A DNA stretch of 35,057 bases, taken from IMG/VR virus record IMGVR_UViG_2563366917_000007; one strand, given 5' to 3'. This stretch comes from a virus. Its lineage: Duplodnaviria; Heunggongvirae; Uroviricota; Caudoviricetes. The position numbers and the translations under genes were made by a program. The stretch's first letter is position 1, and each line of letters begins with the position of its first letter. Below the pieces are notes generated by a model, which had not been told where the DNA came from, made no database searches, and was given only the letters and a program-made list of their open reading frames with translations. Of this stretch, positions 9,387 to 19,064 are shown piece by piece.

Positions 9387-9477
9387 CCGACATCCTGCCG
9401 GTTATTTCCTGTCACCATAATCCCGCACCTGCCATCTGATTTTTTAGACTGCCATCAGAGCATTTTTTCAGGGAAGC
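9387..9477 (+). promoter_or_regulatory. Candidate C-dependent late promoter upstream of lys (Plys)
   Basis: 91-bp gap between C and lys; contains TCCCGCACCT (9421-9430), a 10-mer also present upstream of I. Confidence 0.4.
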
Positions 9478-9996
9478 ATGATGGCGGGGATACCAAAAAA
9501 ACTGAAAGCCGCACTGCTGGCGGTAACGATTGCCGGTGGCGGTGTGGGTGGTTATCAGGAAATGACCCGTCAGTCTCTGATCCATCTGGAAAATATCGCT
9601 TATCTGCCTTACCGCGATATTGCCGGTGTGCTTACGGTCTGTGTGGGACATACCGGGCCGGATATCGAAATGCGCCGTTACAGCCATGCGGAGTGTATGG
9701 CTCTCCTCGACAGTGATTTAAAACCGGTTTATGCGGCAATCGATCGTCTTGTCAGGGTGCCGCTGACGCCATATCAGAAAACGGCGCTGGCAACGTTTAT
9801 TTTCAACACCGGTGTTACCGCATTCAGTAAATCAACGCTGCTGAAAAAACTCAATGCCGGTGATTACGCCGGAGCGCGTGACCAGATGGCCCGCTGGGTG
9901 TTTGCCGCAGGCCATAAATGGAAAGGACTGATGAACCGTCGCGAAGTGGAAATGGCAATCTGGAATATCAGGGGGGCGGATGACCTTCGCCAGTAA
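9478..9996 (+). CDS. lys: SAR-type endolysin (lysozyme)
   Basis: 172 aa; N-terminus KKLKAALLAVTIAGGGVGG is a weakly hydrophobic Gly/Ala-rich signal-anchor-release-like segment; position after C as in Mu. Confidence 0.8.
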   Translation: MMAGIPKKLKAALLAVTIAGGGVGGYQEMTRQSLIHLENIAYLPYRDIAGVLTVCVGHTGPDIEMRRYSHAECMALLDSDLKPVYAAIDRLVRVPLTPYQKTALATFIFNTGVTAFSKSTLLKKLNAGDYAGARDQMARWVFAAGHKWKGLMNRREVEMAIWNIRGADDLRQ

Positions 9997-10366
9997 AAGT
10001 TTACTTCTGGCAGCCGTGTTTGCCGCCGTTCTGTCCGGGGTGTTGTGGCACAGGCTGGACAGCACCCGCCACGATAACCAGACGCTGCGCCGTAAATTAC
10101 AGACGGAGCAACAGGCCCGCCACACTGCTGAATGGTTGTTACACAGTCAGGAACAGACGATGCAGGTATTTTCCGCTATCCGTGCCGCAAATCGTGCCGC
10201 GCGGCTGGAAGATGAGACAGAACATCATGATGCCAAACAAAAAATTACAACCGCTATTACCGGTGACAATTGCAGCACTCGTCCTGTGCCTGCCGTTGCT
10301 GCTGACAGGTTGCGGGAACTCGAAAAACGCACCCGTGCCATCGGTGGTGATCCTTCCCGAAACTGA
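9980..10366 (+). CDS. i-spanin (Rz-like inner-membrane spanin)
   Basis: 128 aa; N-terminal TM helix (LLLAAVFAAVLSGVLW) then charged coiled-coil-like periplasmic region; overlaps lys 3' end. Confidence 0.55.
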   Translation: MTFASKSLLLAAVFAAVLSGVLWHRLDSTRHDNQTLRRKLQTEQQARHTAEWLLHSQEQTMQVFSAIRAANRAARLEDETEHHDAKQKITTAITGDNCSTRPVPAVAADRLRELEKRTRAIGGDPSRN

Positions 10367-10568
10367 TGCAGAACTGACGGAAGCAACGCCCGTTCCGCCC
10401 ATGCCACAGCCCCTGACGTGGGGAGCATCCCTTCTCTGGAATGCTGACCTGCTGATGGCGCTCGGGCAGTGCAACCGCGACAAGGCATCAGTCCGGGAAC
10501 AGGAGACCCGGAGGAAAGAAATTTATGAACGAAGACCAGAACCGGGCGGTGGCGCTGCTGCTCGCTGA
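10212..10568 (+). CDS. o-spanin (Rz1-like outer-membrane lipoprotein), overlapping the i-spanin in another frame
   Basis: Lipobox LLTGC after a hydrophobic signal; proline-rich mature region with a Cys near the C-terminus; starts inside the i-spanin frame (alternative starts 10227/10230). Confidence 0.5.
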   Translation: MRQNIMMPNKKLQPLLPVTIAALVLCLPLLLTGCGNSKNAPVPSVVILPETDAELTEATPVPPMPQPLTWGASLLWNADLLMALGQCNRDKASVREQETRRKEIYERRPEPGGGAAAR

Positions 10569-10719
10569 ACTCTGGCAGGGGAATACCCGTGATATTCCCC
10601 GTCCGGCGGCGTATGACCCGCCTGTATTGTGTGCCGGTTGCGGTCGTGAGCTGCGGCCTGATGTGCTGAGACAGCAGCCAATGGCGAACTACTGCCACTG
10701 GTGCCGTGGAGCAGAATAA
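10525..10719 (+). CDS. Small C4 zinc-finger protein (TraR/DksA-like)
   Basis: 64 aa; CAGCG...(17 aa)...CHWCRG arrangement. Confidence 0.45.
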   Translation: MNEDQNRAVALLLAELWQGNTRDIPRPAAYDPPVLCAGCGRELRPDVLRQQPMANYCHWCRGAE

Positions 10720-11018
10720 TGGATTTGATTTCAGTTTTAGCGTTATGGCCTTACCTGTTGCCTGTTGTGGCCGGTGGGGCCGTCTGGGCGATGCGTCGTA
10801 GTTTTGCCAGCACCGAGCGTGTGGAGCGTCTTGAAAACCGGATGACCGAAATGGAAACCCGCTACGCCAGCATCCCTGGCACAGAAGATGTACACGAAAT
10901 GCGCCTGCGTATTGCAGAGCTGTCCGGCGATATCCGGGTGCTGTCCCAGCGGGTGCAGTCATTTTCCCATCAACTGGAGCTGCTGCTTGAAAACGCAGTA
11001 AACCGGAGTAATTCATGA
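10719..11018 (+). CDS. Small membrane / coiled-coil protein
   Basis: Start at ATG 10719 (GGAG RBS); N-terminal TM helix followed by heptad-like region. Confidence 0.5.
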   Translation: MDLISVLALWPYLLPVVAGGAVWAMRRSFASTERVERLENRMTEMETRYASIPGTEDVHEMRLRIAELSGDIRVLSQRVQSFSHQLELLLENAVNRSNS

Positions 11019-11305
11019 TTAACGATATTCTGACCGAAGACCGTCGTCTGGTCATCCTGCGTTCCCTGATGGACTGCAATAACGAAGCCAACGAATCCAT
11101 CCTTCAGGACTGTCTGGATGCATACGGACACAACGTTTCCCGCGATGTGGTTCGCGGCCAGATTGACTGGCTGGCAGAGCAGCAACTGGTCACCGTGGAA
11201 AACCTGCGCGGCTTTTATGTCGTAACGCTGACCTCCCGAGGTCAGGATGTGGCGGAAGGCCGCGCCCGCGTTGCCGGTGTCAAGCGTCCGCGTCCCCGTG
11301 CATGA
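11015..11305 (+). CDS. Hypothetical late protein
   Basis: 96-aa ORF, ATGA overlap with upstream gene. Confidence 0.5.
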   Translation: MINDILTEDRRLVILRSLMDCNNEANESILQDCLDAYGHNVSRDVVRGQIDWLAEQQLVTVENLRGFYVVTLTSRGQDVAEGRARVAGVKRPRPRA

Positions 11306-11316
11306 CAGGAGGCGTG

Positions 11317-11892
11317 ATGGACAGGAAAACACGGGGCCGGGCTTCAAAAGTGGATTTACTGCCGGAAAACGTACGTAAAACGCTGCATGAAATGCTGCGT
11401 GATAAGGCGATCCCACAGGCCCGCATTCTGGAAGAAATTAACGCACTGATTGAAGACGCTGGCCTGCCGGATGAGATGAAACTCTCCCGTTCCGGTCTGA
11501 ACCGTTACGCGACGAACGTCGAGCAGGTAGGCCATAACCTGCGACAGATGCGTGAAATGACGTCAGCACTGACCGCAGAACTTGGCGACAAGCCAATGGG
11601 AGAAACCACAAAGCTGATTCTGGAAATGGCCCGCAGCCAGCTTTTTAAGGCCATGATGCGGCAAATCGAAAACCCGGAATCTGACGTGGATATTGACCTG
11701 CTGAAAAATGCCATGCTGGCGGCACAGCGTCTGGAATCCACGGCAATGTCCAGCCACCGGCGCGAGAAAGAAATCCGCCAGGCATTCGCAGAAGAAGCGG
11801 CAAACGCCGTCAGTGAAGAACTGCGCGGGCAGGATGGCATCAGCGAAGAGCTGGAGCAGCGTATCCGTGATGTGCTGCTGGGTAAGGCATGA
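11317..11892 (+). CDS. D: Terminase small-subunit-like protein (Mu D / gp27 family)
   Basis: Start at ATG 11317 preceded by AGGAGG; ~191 aa; directly upstream of the large terminase, as in Mu. Confidence 0.6.
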   Translation: MDRKTRGRASKVDLLPENVRKTLHEMLRDKAIPQARILEEINALIEDAGLPDEMKLSRSGLNRYATNVEQVGHNLRQMREMTSALTAELGDKPMGETTKLILEMARSQLFKAMMRQIENPESDVDIDLLKNAMLAAQRLESTAMSSHRREKEIRQAFAEEAANAVSEELRGQDGISEELEQRIRDVLLGKA

Positions 11893-11899
11893 GAGGGTT

Positions 11900-13555
11900 A
11901 TGAACACCAGAGAAAACAACCTTAAAGCCCTTCATGCCCCCCGAAAAATCAACCTGCGTGAGGAAGCCGAACTGCTCGGCGTGAATATCGTGACCGATAT
12001 CGGGGAAGCACAGCCCCGCAATGAACCGGTTTTTCTGGGCTATCAGCGCCGCTGGTTTGAGGATGAAAGCCAGATTTGCATCGCTGAAAAATCCCGTCGT
12101 ACCGGTCTGACATGGGCCGAAGCGGGCCGCAATGTCATGACGGCAGCAAAGCCGCGCCGCCGTGGCGGTCGCAACGTCTTTTATGTGGGTTCCCGTCAGG
12201 AAATGGCGCTGGAATATATCGCCGCCTGTGCCCTGTTTGCCCGCGCCTTTAACCAACTGGCAAAGGCTGATGTCTGGGAGCAGACCTTCTGGGACAGCGA
12301 CAAAAAAGAAGAAATCCTCACTTATATGATCCGTTTCCCTAACAGCGGATTTAAGGTGCAGGCGCTGTCAAGCCGTCCGTCTAACCTGCGTGGTTTGCAG
12401 GGGGACGTGGTGATTGATGAGGCGGCATTTCATGAAGCCCTGGACGAACTCCTGAAAGCGGCCTTTGCTCTCACCATGTGGGGTGCCCGCGTGCGGATCA
12501 TATCGACGCATAACGGCGTCGATAACCTGTTTAACCAGTACATTCAGGATGCGTGCGAGGGGCGCAAGGATTACAGCGTTCACCGCATCACGCTGGATGA
12601 TGCCATCGCTGACGGGTTGTACCGACGTATCTGTTACGTCACGAATCAGCCGTGGTCGCCGGAAGCGGAAAAAGCCTGGCGTGATGGCCTGTACCGGAAT
12701 GCGCCGAATAAAGAGAGTGCCGACGAGGAATACGGCTGCATTCCTAAAAAATCCGGGGGCGCTTATCTGTCACGCGTGCTGATTGAAGCCGCCATGACGC
12801 CAGTGCGGGATATCCCGATTCTGCGTTTTGAAGCCCCGGACGATTTTGAATCGCTGACACCACAAATGCGCCACGGCATCGTTCAGGACTGGTGTGAACA
12901 GGAGCTGCTCCCGTTGCTCGATGCGCTGTCGCCGCTCAATAAACACGTACTGGGCGAAGACTTTGCACGCCGTGGCGACCTGACGGTGTTTGTGCCGCTT
13001 GCCATCACTCCTGACTTACGCAAACGCGAATGTTTCCGCGTGGAGCTGCGTAATGTGACCTATGACCAGCAGCGACAAATCCTTTTATTCATTCTGTCCC
13101 GTTTGCCCCGTTTTACCGGCGCTGCATTTGATGCCACCGGTAACGGCGGTTATCTGGCAGAAGCCGCCCGTCTGATTTATGGCCCGGAGATGATCGACTG
13201 TGTGAATCTGACCGCATCTTGGTATCAGGAGTGGATGCCCAAACTGAAAGGCGAGTTTGAAGCGCAGAACATCACGATTGCCCGGCACCAGACCACACTT
13301 GATGACCTGCTCCACATCAAGGTGGACAAAGGTATTCCGCAGATTGATAAGGGGCGCACAAAAGACGAAGGCGGTAAAGGCCGACGACATGGCGACTTTG
13401 CCGTGGCGCTCTGTATGGCTGTCAGGGCGTCTTATATGAATGGTTTTGTTATCGACGAGGACAGCATACAGGCGCTGCCACCACGCCACCGTGGTGATGG
13501 TGTTGATAACGATGATTTTGATGATTATCACCAGTTTGAACGAGGGGGCTGGTAA
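11900..13555 (+). CDS. E: Terminase large subunit
   Basis: Start at internal ATG 11900 (RBS GAGAGGG) rather than ORF-track 11708; ~551 aa; ATPase-like GLTWAEAGRN and acidic nuclease-type motifs; followed by the portal. Confidence 0.8.
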   Translation: MNTRENNLKALHAPRKINLREEAELLGVNIVTDIGEAQPRNEPVFLGYQRRWFEDESQICIAEKSRRTGLTWAEAGRNVMTAAKPRRRGGRNVFYVGSRQEMALEYIAACALFARAFNQLAKADVWEQTFWDSDKKEEILTYMIRFPNSGFKVQALSSRPSNLRGLQGDVVIDEAAFHEALDELLKAAFALTMWGARVRIISTHNGVDNLFNQYIQDACEGRKDYSVHRITLDDAIADGLYRRICYVTNQPWSPEAEKAWRDGLYRNAPNKESADEEYGCIPKKSGGAYLSRVLIEAAMTPVRDIPILRFEAPDDFESLTPQMRHGIVQDWCEQELLPLLDALSPLNKHVLGEDFARRGDLTVFVPLAITPDLRKRECFRVELRNVTYDQQRQILLFILSRLPRFTGAAFDATGNGGYLAEAARLIYGPEMIDCVNLTASWYQEWMPKLKGEFEAQNITIARHQTTLDDLLHIKVDKGIPQIDKGRTKDEGGKGRRHGDFAVALCMAVRASYMNGFVIDEDSIQALPPRHRGDGVDNDDFDDYHQFERGGW

Positions 13556-15093
13556 TGGGCCGTATTCTGGATATTTCCGGGCAGCCGTTTGATTTTGACG
13601 ATGAAATGCAGACCCGCAGCGATGAGCTGGCAATGGTCATGAAGCGTACGCAGGAGCATCCTTCCAGTGGTGTGACGCCGAACCGGGCCGCGCAGATGCT
13701 GCGTGATGCCGAACGCGGTGATCTGACAGCACAGGCTGACCTGGCCTTTGATATGGAAGAAAAGGACACCCACCTTTTTTCCGAACTGAGCAAACGCCGC
13801 CTTGCCATTCAGGCGCTGGAATGGCGCATCGCTCCGGCACGTGATGCCAGCGCACAGGAGAAAAAAGACGCTGACATGCTGAATGAATATCTGCATGATG
13901 CGGCGTGGTTTGAAGATGCCCTGTTTGATGCCGGTGATGCCATTCTCAAGGGCTATTCCATGCAGGAGATTGAATGGGGCTGGCTGGGGAAAATGCGCGT
14001 GCCGGTGGCGCTGCATCATCGCGATCCGGCGCTATTCTGCGCGAACCCCGACAATCTGAACGAATTACGCCTGCGTGATGCGTCTTATCACGGGCTGGAG
14101 CTGCAACCGTTCGGCTGGTTTATGCACCGGGCCAAATCCCGCACCGGGTATGTCGGCACCAATGGCCTTGTGCGCACGCTTATCTGGCCTTTTATTTTTA
14201 AAAACTATTCCGTGCGTGATTTTGCAGAGTTTCTGGAAATTTACGGACTCCCCATGCGCGTCGGTAAATATCCGACCGGCTCAACGAACCGCGAGAAAGC
14301 CACGCTGATGCAGGCCGTGATGGATATCGGGCGACGTGCCGGTGGCATTATTCCGATGGGGATGACGCTGGATTTTCAGAGCGCCGCAGATGGTCAGTCA
14401 GACCCTTTTATGGCGATGATTGGCTGGGCAGAAAAAGCGATTTCAAAAGCTATTCTGGGCGGCACCCTGACCACAGAGGCTGGCGATAAAGGCGCGCGGT
14501 CGCTAGGTGAAGTGCATGATGAGGTTCGCCGGGAAATCCGTAACGCGGATGTGGGCCAGCTTGCCCGCAGTATTAACCGTGATCTGATTTATCCCCTGCT
14601 GGCACTGAACAGTGGCAGCACCATTGATATTAACCGCCTGCCGGGCATTGTATTTGATACCAGTGAAGCGGGTGATATTACGGCACTGTCTGACGCCATT
14701 CCGAAACTGGCGGCGGGAATGCGTATTCCGGTCTCATGGATACAGGAAAAACTCCATATTCCACAGCCGGTCGGTGATGAAGCCGTGTTTACTGCTCAAC
14801 CGGTCGTCATGGATAACGGTCCGCAGAAAGAAGCCGCATTATCCGCTGATGATATCCCGCAGGAGGATGATATCGACCGGATGGGCGTTTCACCGGAAGA
14901 CTGGCAGCGTTCGGTTGATCCCCTGCTGAAACCCGTCATTTTTTCTGTGCTGAAAGATGGCCCGGAAGCCGCCATGAACAAAGCCGCTTCATTATATCCG
15001 CAGATGGATGATGCAGAACTTATCGACATGCTGACCCGTGCCATTTTTGTTGCCGATATATGGGGGCGTCTGGATGCCGCAGCAGACCATTGA
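13555..15093 (+). CDS. H: Portal protein (Mu gp29 family)
   Basis: 512 aa; position between terminase and F; ATG overlaps the terminase stop. Confidence 0.8.
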   Translation: MGRILDISGQPFDFDDEMQTRSDELAMVMKRTQEHPSSGVTPNRAAQMLRDAERGDLTAQADLAFDMEEKDTHLFSELSKRRLAIQALEWRIAPARDASAQEKKDADMLNEYLHDAAWFEDALFDAGDAILKGYSMQEIEWGWLGKMRVPVALHHRDPALFCANPDNLNELRLRDASYHGLELQPFGWFMHRAKSRTGYVGTNGLVRTLIWPFIFKNYSVRDFAEFLEIYGLPMRVGKYPTGSTNREKATLMQAVMDIGRRAGGIIPMGMTLDFQSAADGQSDPFMAMIGWAEKAISKAILGGTLTTEAGDKGARSLGEVHDEVRREIRNADVGQLARSINRDLIYPLLALNSGSTIDINRLPGIVFDTSEAGDITALSDAIPKLAAGMRIPVSWIQEKLHIPQPVGDEAVFTAQPVVMDNGPQKEAALSADDIPQEDDIDRMGVSPEDWQRSVDPLLKPVIFSVLKDGPEAAMNKAASLYPQMDDAELIDMLTRAIFVADIWGRLDAAADH

Positions 15094-16393
15094 TCTGGCG
15101 TATGCCGCACGCCTCCCGCCAAAGGAGGCTGTCGCGTATTTCCGCGCCAAAGGCTACAACATCACCTGGAACTGGTACGAACAACTGGCAGACGCGCACG
15201 CCCGCGCCTTTACCGTTGCCAAAGCCACCCGGATGGATGTCCTGACCACAATCCGTGAGGAAGTGGAGCGGGCTGTCAGTGAAGGCATCACCCGTGAGGA
15301 ATTTACCCGCACACTGGCCCCCCGGTTGCAAAAACTCGGATGGTGGGGAAAACAAATCATCGTGGATGCAGACGGAAACGCAAAGGTAATCGAGCTGGGC
15401 AGTCCGCGTCGTCTGGCAACCATTTATAACGTCAATACCCGTACAGCGTATGGGGCAGGACGTTATGCGCAGATGATGAATACCGCCGATTTGTACCCGT
15501 ACTGGCAGTACGTTGCCGTTATGGATGGCAGAACACGCCCGGAACATGCGCGGCTGCACAATATGGTTTTCCGGTATGATGACATTTTCTGGCAGACGCA
15601 TTACCCGCCCAATGGCTGGAACTGCCGCTGTCGCGTCCGGGCGGTGTCTGCGGCCCGCATGAAAGAACTGGGGCTACAGATCAGTTATGGTGCGTCATTC
15701 ATGAATACCCGCGAAGTGGATGCCGGTACGGATGAAAGCACCGGAGAGATTTTCCGCACATCGTCAACCACGTTTGACAACGGTCGGGTAAAAATGACGC
15801 CGGATGTGGGCTGGTCATATAACCCCGGTTCGGCGGCATTTGGTACGGATCAGGCACTGATTCGAAAACTGGTGGAAATTCGCGACGCGCAGTTGCGTGG
15901 GCAGGTTGTTCAGACGCTGAATAACAGCCGGGAGCGTCAGCTTGCTTTTTCCCTCTGGCTTAAACGTCTGGCAGGATCACGTCAGACCGGTCATGAAATC
16001 CGGGCACTGGGTTTTATGACGGAATCGGTAGCTGAAGCCGTACATCAGCGCACCGGGAATATGCCAGCCCGTCTGCTTGTGATGAACGGGAAAAGTCTGG
16101 CGACCACTGCTGATGTCGCCCTGAAACCGGAGGATTTACAGCATCTGCCGTCGCTGATGGCAAAACCACAGGCAGTATTGTGGGACAGGGAGAACCACCA
16201 GTTGCTGTATGTTGTGGCAACCCGTGACGGCATGGCCCGGATTGTGGTCAGAACATCACAGACAGTCGGCAGGCAGAATGACCGTGCGGATGTGCTGGTC
16301 AGTATCAGCCGCGTATCTGCACAGTCGCTTGAAAGCGCGATTGCTGACGGGATGATTGACGTACTGGAGGGACATGTGGAGGTGAATAAGTGA
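15074..16393 (+). CDS. F: Head morphogenesis protein (Mu F family)
   Basis: Large ORF after the portal; start uncertain (15038 or 15074). Confidence 0.75.
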   Translation: MPQQTIDLAYAARLPPKEAVAYFRAKGYNITWNWYEQLADAHARAFTVAKATRMDVLTTIREEVERAVSEGITREEFTRTLAPRLQKLGWWGKQIIVDADGNAKVIELGSPRRLATIYNVNTRTAYGAGRYAQMMNTADLYPYWQYVAVMDGRTRPEHARLHNMVFRYDDIFWQTHYPPNGWNCRCRVRAVSAARMKELGLQISYGASFMNTREVDAGTDESTGEIFRTSSTTFDNGRVKMTPDVGWSYNPGSAAFGTDQALIRKLVEIRDAQLRGQVVQTLNNSRERQLAFSLWLKRLAGSRQTGHEIRALGFMTESVAEAVHQRTGNMPARLLVMNGKSLATTADVALKPEDLQHLPSLMAKPQAVLWDRENHQLLYVVATRDGMARIVVRTSQTVGRQNDRADVLVSISRVSAQSLESAIADGMIDVLEGHVEVNK

Positions 16394-16860
16394 GTCTTGA
16401 TATGAACGTTGCCGTGGATGTGCGACGTATTCAGCTTGCACTGGATGAACTGGGAACCGTTACACGTGACCGCGCCATTCCCCGTGTGATGGCTGCGGCG
16501 CTGCTGTCATCCACGGAACAGGCATTTGAACGGCAGGCAGACCCGGATACAGGGAAAGGCTGGGAAGCGTGGAGCGATTCGTGGCAGGCATGGCGTCAGG
16601 ATCATGGTTTTGTTCCGGGCAGTATCCTTACCCTGCATGGCGATCTGGCACGCAGCATTACCACCGATTATGGACAGGATTATGCCCTGATTGGTTCGCC
16701 AAAAATTTATGCTGCCATTCATCAGTGGGGCGGTACACCCGATATGGCACCCCGCCCGGCAGGCGTTCCTGCGCGTCCTTATATGGGGCTGGATAAGACC
16801 GGGGAACAGGAAATTTTTGATGCCATCAGAAAACGCGTCAGCGCCGCTCTGAGGCAATAA
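16390..16860 (+). CDS. G: Virion morphogenesis protein (Mu G family)
   Basis: 156 aa from GTG 16390 (GGAGG RBS) or ATG 16402; length and position match Mu G. Confidence 0.7.
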   Translation: MSLDMNVAVDVRRIQLALDELGTVTRDRAIPRVMAAALLSSTEQAFERQADPDTGKGWEAWSDSWQAWRQDHGFVPGSILTLHGDLARSITTDYGQDYALIGSPKIYAAIHQWGGTPDMAPRPAGVPARPYMGLDKTGEQEIFDAIRKRVSAALRQ

Positions 16861-17056
16861 ACTGAATCAGACATGAAATCAGCCGCACAGATTTTTTAAA
16901 ACGCGCCACGGGATTTTTAAACCGGTATTTAACGGTGTATGAATCCCGTTTTATCTTCCTTCCACTTTCTTTCTCCAGTACTCAAATAGCATAACCCCAG
17001 ATTTTCCCGCACCTCCCGCAAACTGACTGCTCACAAACCATGATGAGCAGCAGGAC
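16861..17056 (+). promoter_or_regulatory. Central 196-bp noncoding gap between G and I: candidate late promoter (PI) and/or centrally located strong gyrase site
   Basis: Only long intergenic gap in the structural region; AT-rich tracts; contains TCCCGCACCT (17005-17014) at similar spacing to the start codon as in the lys upstream region. Confidence 0.4.
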
Positions 17057-18142
17057 ATGAAAAAACACGCGATTGGCATTGCCGCACTGAATGCGCTGTC
17101 CATTGACGATGACGGCTGGTGCCAGTTATTGCCTGCCGGTCATTTCAGTGCCCGTGATGGTCGTCCGTTTGATGTAACAGGCGGTCAGGGGTGGTTCATC
17201 GACGGTGAGATTGCCGGGCGTCTGATTGAAGGCGTTCGCGCGCTCAACCAGGACGTGCTGATTGATTACGAGCATAACCAGCTACGTAAGGACAAAGGAT
17301 TACCCCCGGAACAACTCGTCGCGGCTGGCTGGTTTAACGCCGATGAAATGCAGTGGCGTGAAGGTGAAGGGTTATTTATCCACCCACGCTGGACGGCGGC
17401 GGCCCAGCAGCGCATCGATGACGGCGAATTTGGTTATCTCTCTGCGGTTTTTCCGTATGACACCGCCACCGGTGCGGTGCTGCAAATCCGCCTTGCTGCG
17501 CTGACCAATGACCCCGGTGCCACCGGCATGAAAAAGCTGACCGCACTGGCGGCAGACCTTCCCGACATCCTTCAACAGGAGAACAAACCCATGAATGAAA
17601 CGCTGCGCAAGCTGCTTGCGCGTCTTGGGGTGACGGTCCCCGAAAATGCAGACATCACCGATGAACAGGCCAGCGCGGCCCTGAGTGCGCTTGATGCGCT
17701 CGAAACAGATGCCGGAAAAGTGGCGTCGTTATCCGCCGAACTGGAAAAGGCACAGAAAGCCGCCGTTGACCTGACGAAATACGTCCCGGTGGAAAGCTAC
17801 AACGCCCTGCGTGATGAACTGGCACAGGCGACTGCACTAAGCGCCACAGCCAGCCTGAGCGCCGTTCTGGACAAGGCGGAACAGGAAGGCCGCATTTTCA
17901 AAAGCGAACGTGCCTATCTGGAACAGCTTGGCGGTCAGATTGGCGTGGCGGCACTGTCGGCACAGCTTGAGAAAAAACAGCCCATCGCTGCGTTATCTGC
18001 CATGCAGACCACCACAGCGAAAATCCCGTCGCAGGAAAAAACGGCTGTGGCGGTGCTGTCTGCTGATGAACAGGCAGCAGTGAAGGCGCTCGGCATTACA
18101 GAGGCTGAGTATCTGAAAATGAAACAGGAACAAGAAAAATGA
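17057..18142 (+). CDS. I: Prohead protease/scaffold (Mu I family; nested scaffold Z expected from an internal start)
   Basis: 361 aa; Ala/Glu/Lys-rich coiled-coil C-terminal half typical of a scaffold; directly precedes the major capsid gene. Confidence 0.8.
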   Translation: MKKHAIGIAALNALSIDDDGWCQLLPAGHFSARDGRPFDVTGGQGWFIDGEIAGRLIEGVRALNQDVLIDYEHNQLRKDKGLPPEQLVAAGWFNADEMQWREGEGLFIHPRWTAAAQQRIDDGEFGYLSAVFPYDTATGAVLQIRLAALTNDPGATGMKKLTALAADLPDILQQENKPMNETLRKLLARLGVTVPENADITDEQASAALSALDALETDAGKVASLSAELEKAQKAAVDLTKYVPVESYNALRDELAQATALSATASLSAVLDKAEQEGRIFKSERAYLEQLGGQIGVAALSAQLEKKQPIAALSAMQTTTAKIPSQEKTAVAVLSADEQAAVKALGITEAEYLKMKQEQEK

Positions 18143-19056
18143 TTGTCACCCCGGCATCCATTAAAGCCCTGATGACCTCCTGGCGTAAGGATTTTCAGGG
18201 CGGTCTTGAAGACGCCCCGTCGCAGTACAGCAAAATTGCAATGGTGGTGAACTCTTCCACCCGCAGTAATACCTATGGCTGGCTGGGTAAATTCCCGACC
18301 CTGAAAGAATGGGTGGGTAAGCGAACCATTCAGCAAATGGAAGCGCATGGCTACTCCATCGCCAATAAAACGTTTGAAGGCACCGTGGGTATTTCCCGTG
18401 ATGACTTCGAGGATGACAATCTGGGTATTTATGCGCCGATTTTTCAGGAGATGGGCCGTTCTGCGGCAGTTCAGCCGGATGAGCTGATTTTTAAACTTCT
18501 GAAAGATGGCTTTACCCAGCCCTGCTATGACGGTCAGAACTTCTTCGACAAGGAGCATCCGGTATATCCGAATGTGGATGGCACGGGCAGCGCGGTTAAT
18601 ACCTCCAACATCGTTGAGCAGGACAGCTTCAGCGGTCTGCCATTCTATCTGCTGGACTGCTCCCGCGCAGTCAAACCGCTGATTTTCCAGGAGCGCCGCA
18701 AACCGGAACTGGTCGCACGTACCCGTATCGATGACGACCACGTTTTTATGGATAACGAGTTCCTGTTTGGTGCCAGCACCCGCCGTGCTGCCGGTTACGG
18801 CTTCTGGCAGATGGCTGTCGCGGTAAAAGGCGATCTGACGCTGGATAACCTCTGGAAGGGCTGGCAACTGATGCGCTCTTTTGAAGGTGATGGCGGTAAG
18901 AAACTGGGCCTGAAGCCGACGCATATCGTTGTACCGGTCGGGCTGGAAAAAGCCGCAGAGCAACTGCTTAACCGTGAACTGTTCGCGGATGGCAATACCA
19001 CCGTCTCCAACGAGATGAAGGGCAAGCTGCAACTGGTTGTCGCTGACTACCTGTAA
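18139..19056 (+). CDS. T: Major capsid protein (Mu T family)
   Basis: 305 aa (same as Mu T); ATGA coupling to I. Confidence 0.85.
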   Translation: MIVTPASIKALMTSWRKDFQGGLEDAPSQYSKIAMVVNSSTRSNTYGWLGKFPTLKEWVGKRTIQQMEAHGYSIANKTFEGTVGISRDDFEDDNLGIYAPIFQEMGRSAAVQPDELIFKLLKDGFTQPCYDGQNFFDKEHPVYPNVDGTGSAVNTSNIVEQDSFSGLPFYLLDCSRAVKPLIFQERRKPELVARTRIDDDHVFMDNEFLFGASTRRAAGYGFWQMAVAVKGDLTLDNLWKGWQLMRSFEGDGGKKLGLKPTHIVVPVGLEKAAEQLLNRELFADGNTTVSNEMKGKLQLVVADYL

Positions 19057-19064
19057 CCGTCATT

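Noticed and set aside
10225-11100. Long minus-strand ORFs antisense to phage genes (e.g. 1653..2522, 7654..8313, 10225..11100, 17935..19032, 19799..20644, 24424..25356)
   Set aside because: All lie opposite well-supported, tightly packed + strand genes, have odd compositions (Arg/Cys/Pro-rich) and no RBS context; typical shadow ORFs of GC-rich coding DNA.
11708-11899. ORF-track start of the large terminase at 11708
   Set aside because: This extension overlaps the small-terminase-like gene in another frame; the ATG at 11900 with an upstream RBS gives a ~551-aa protein of expected size.
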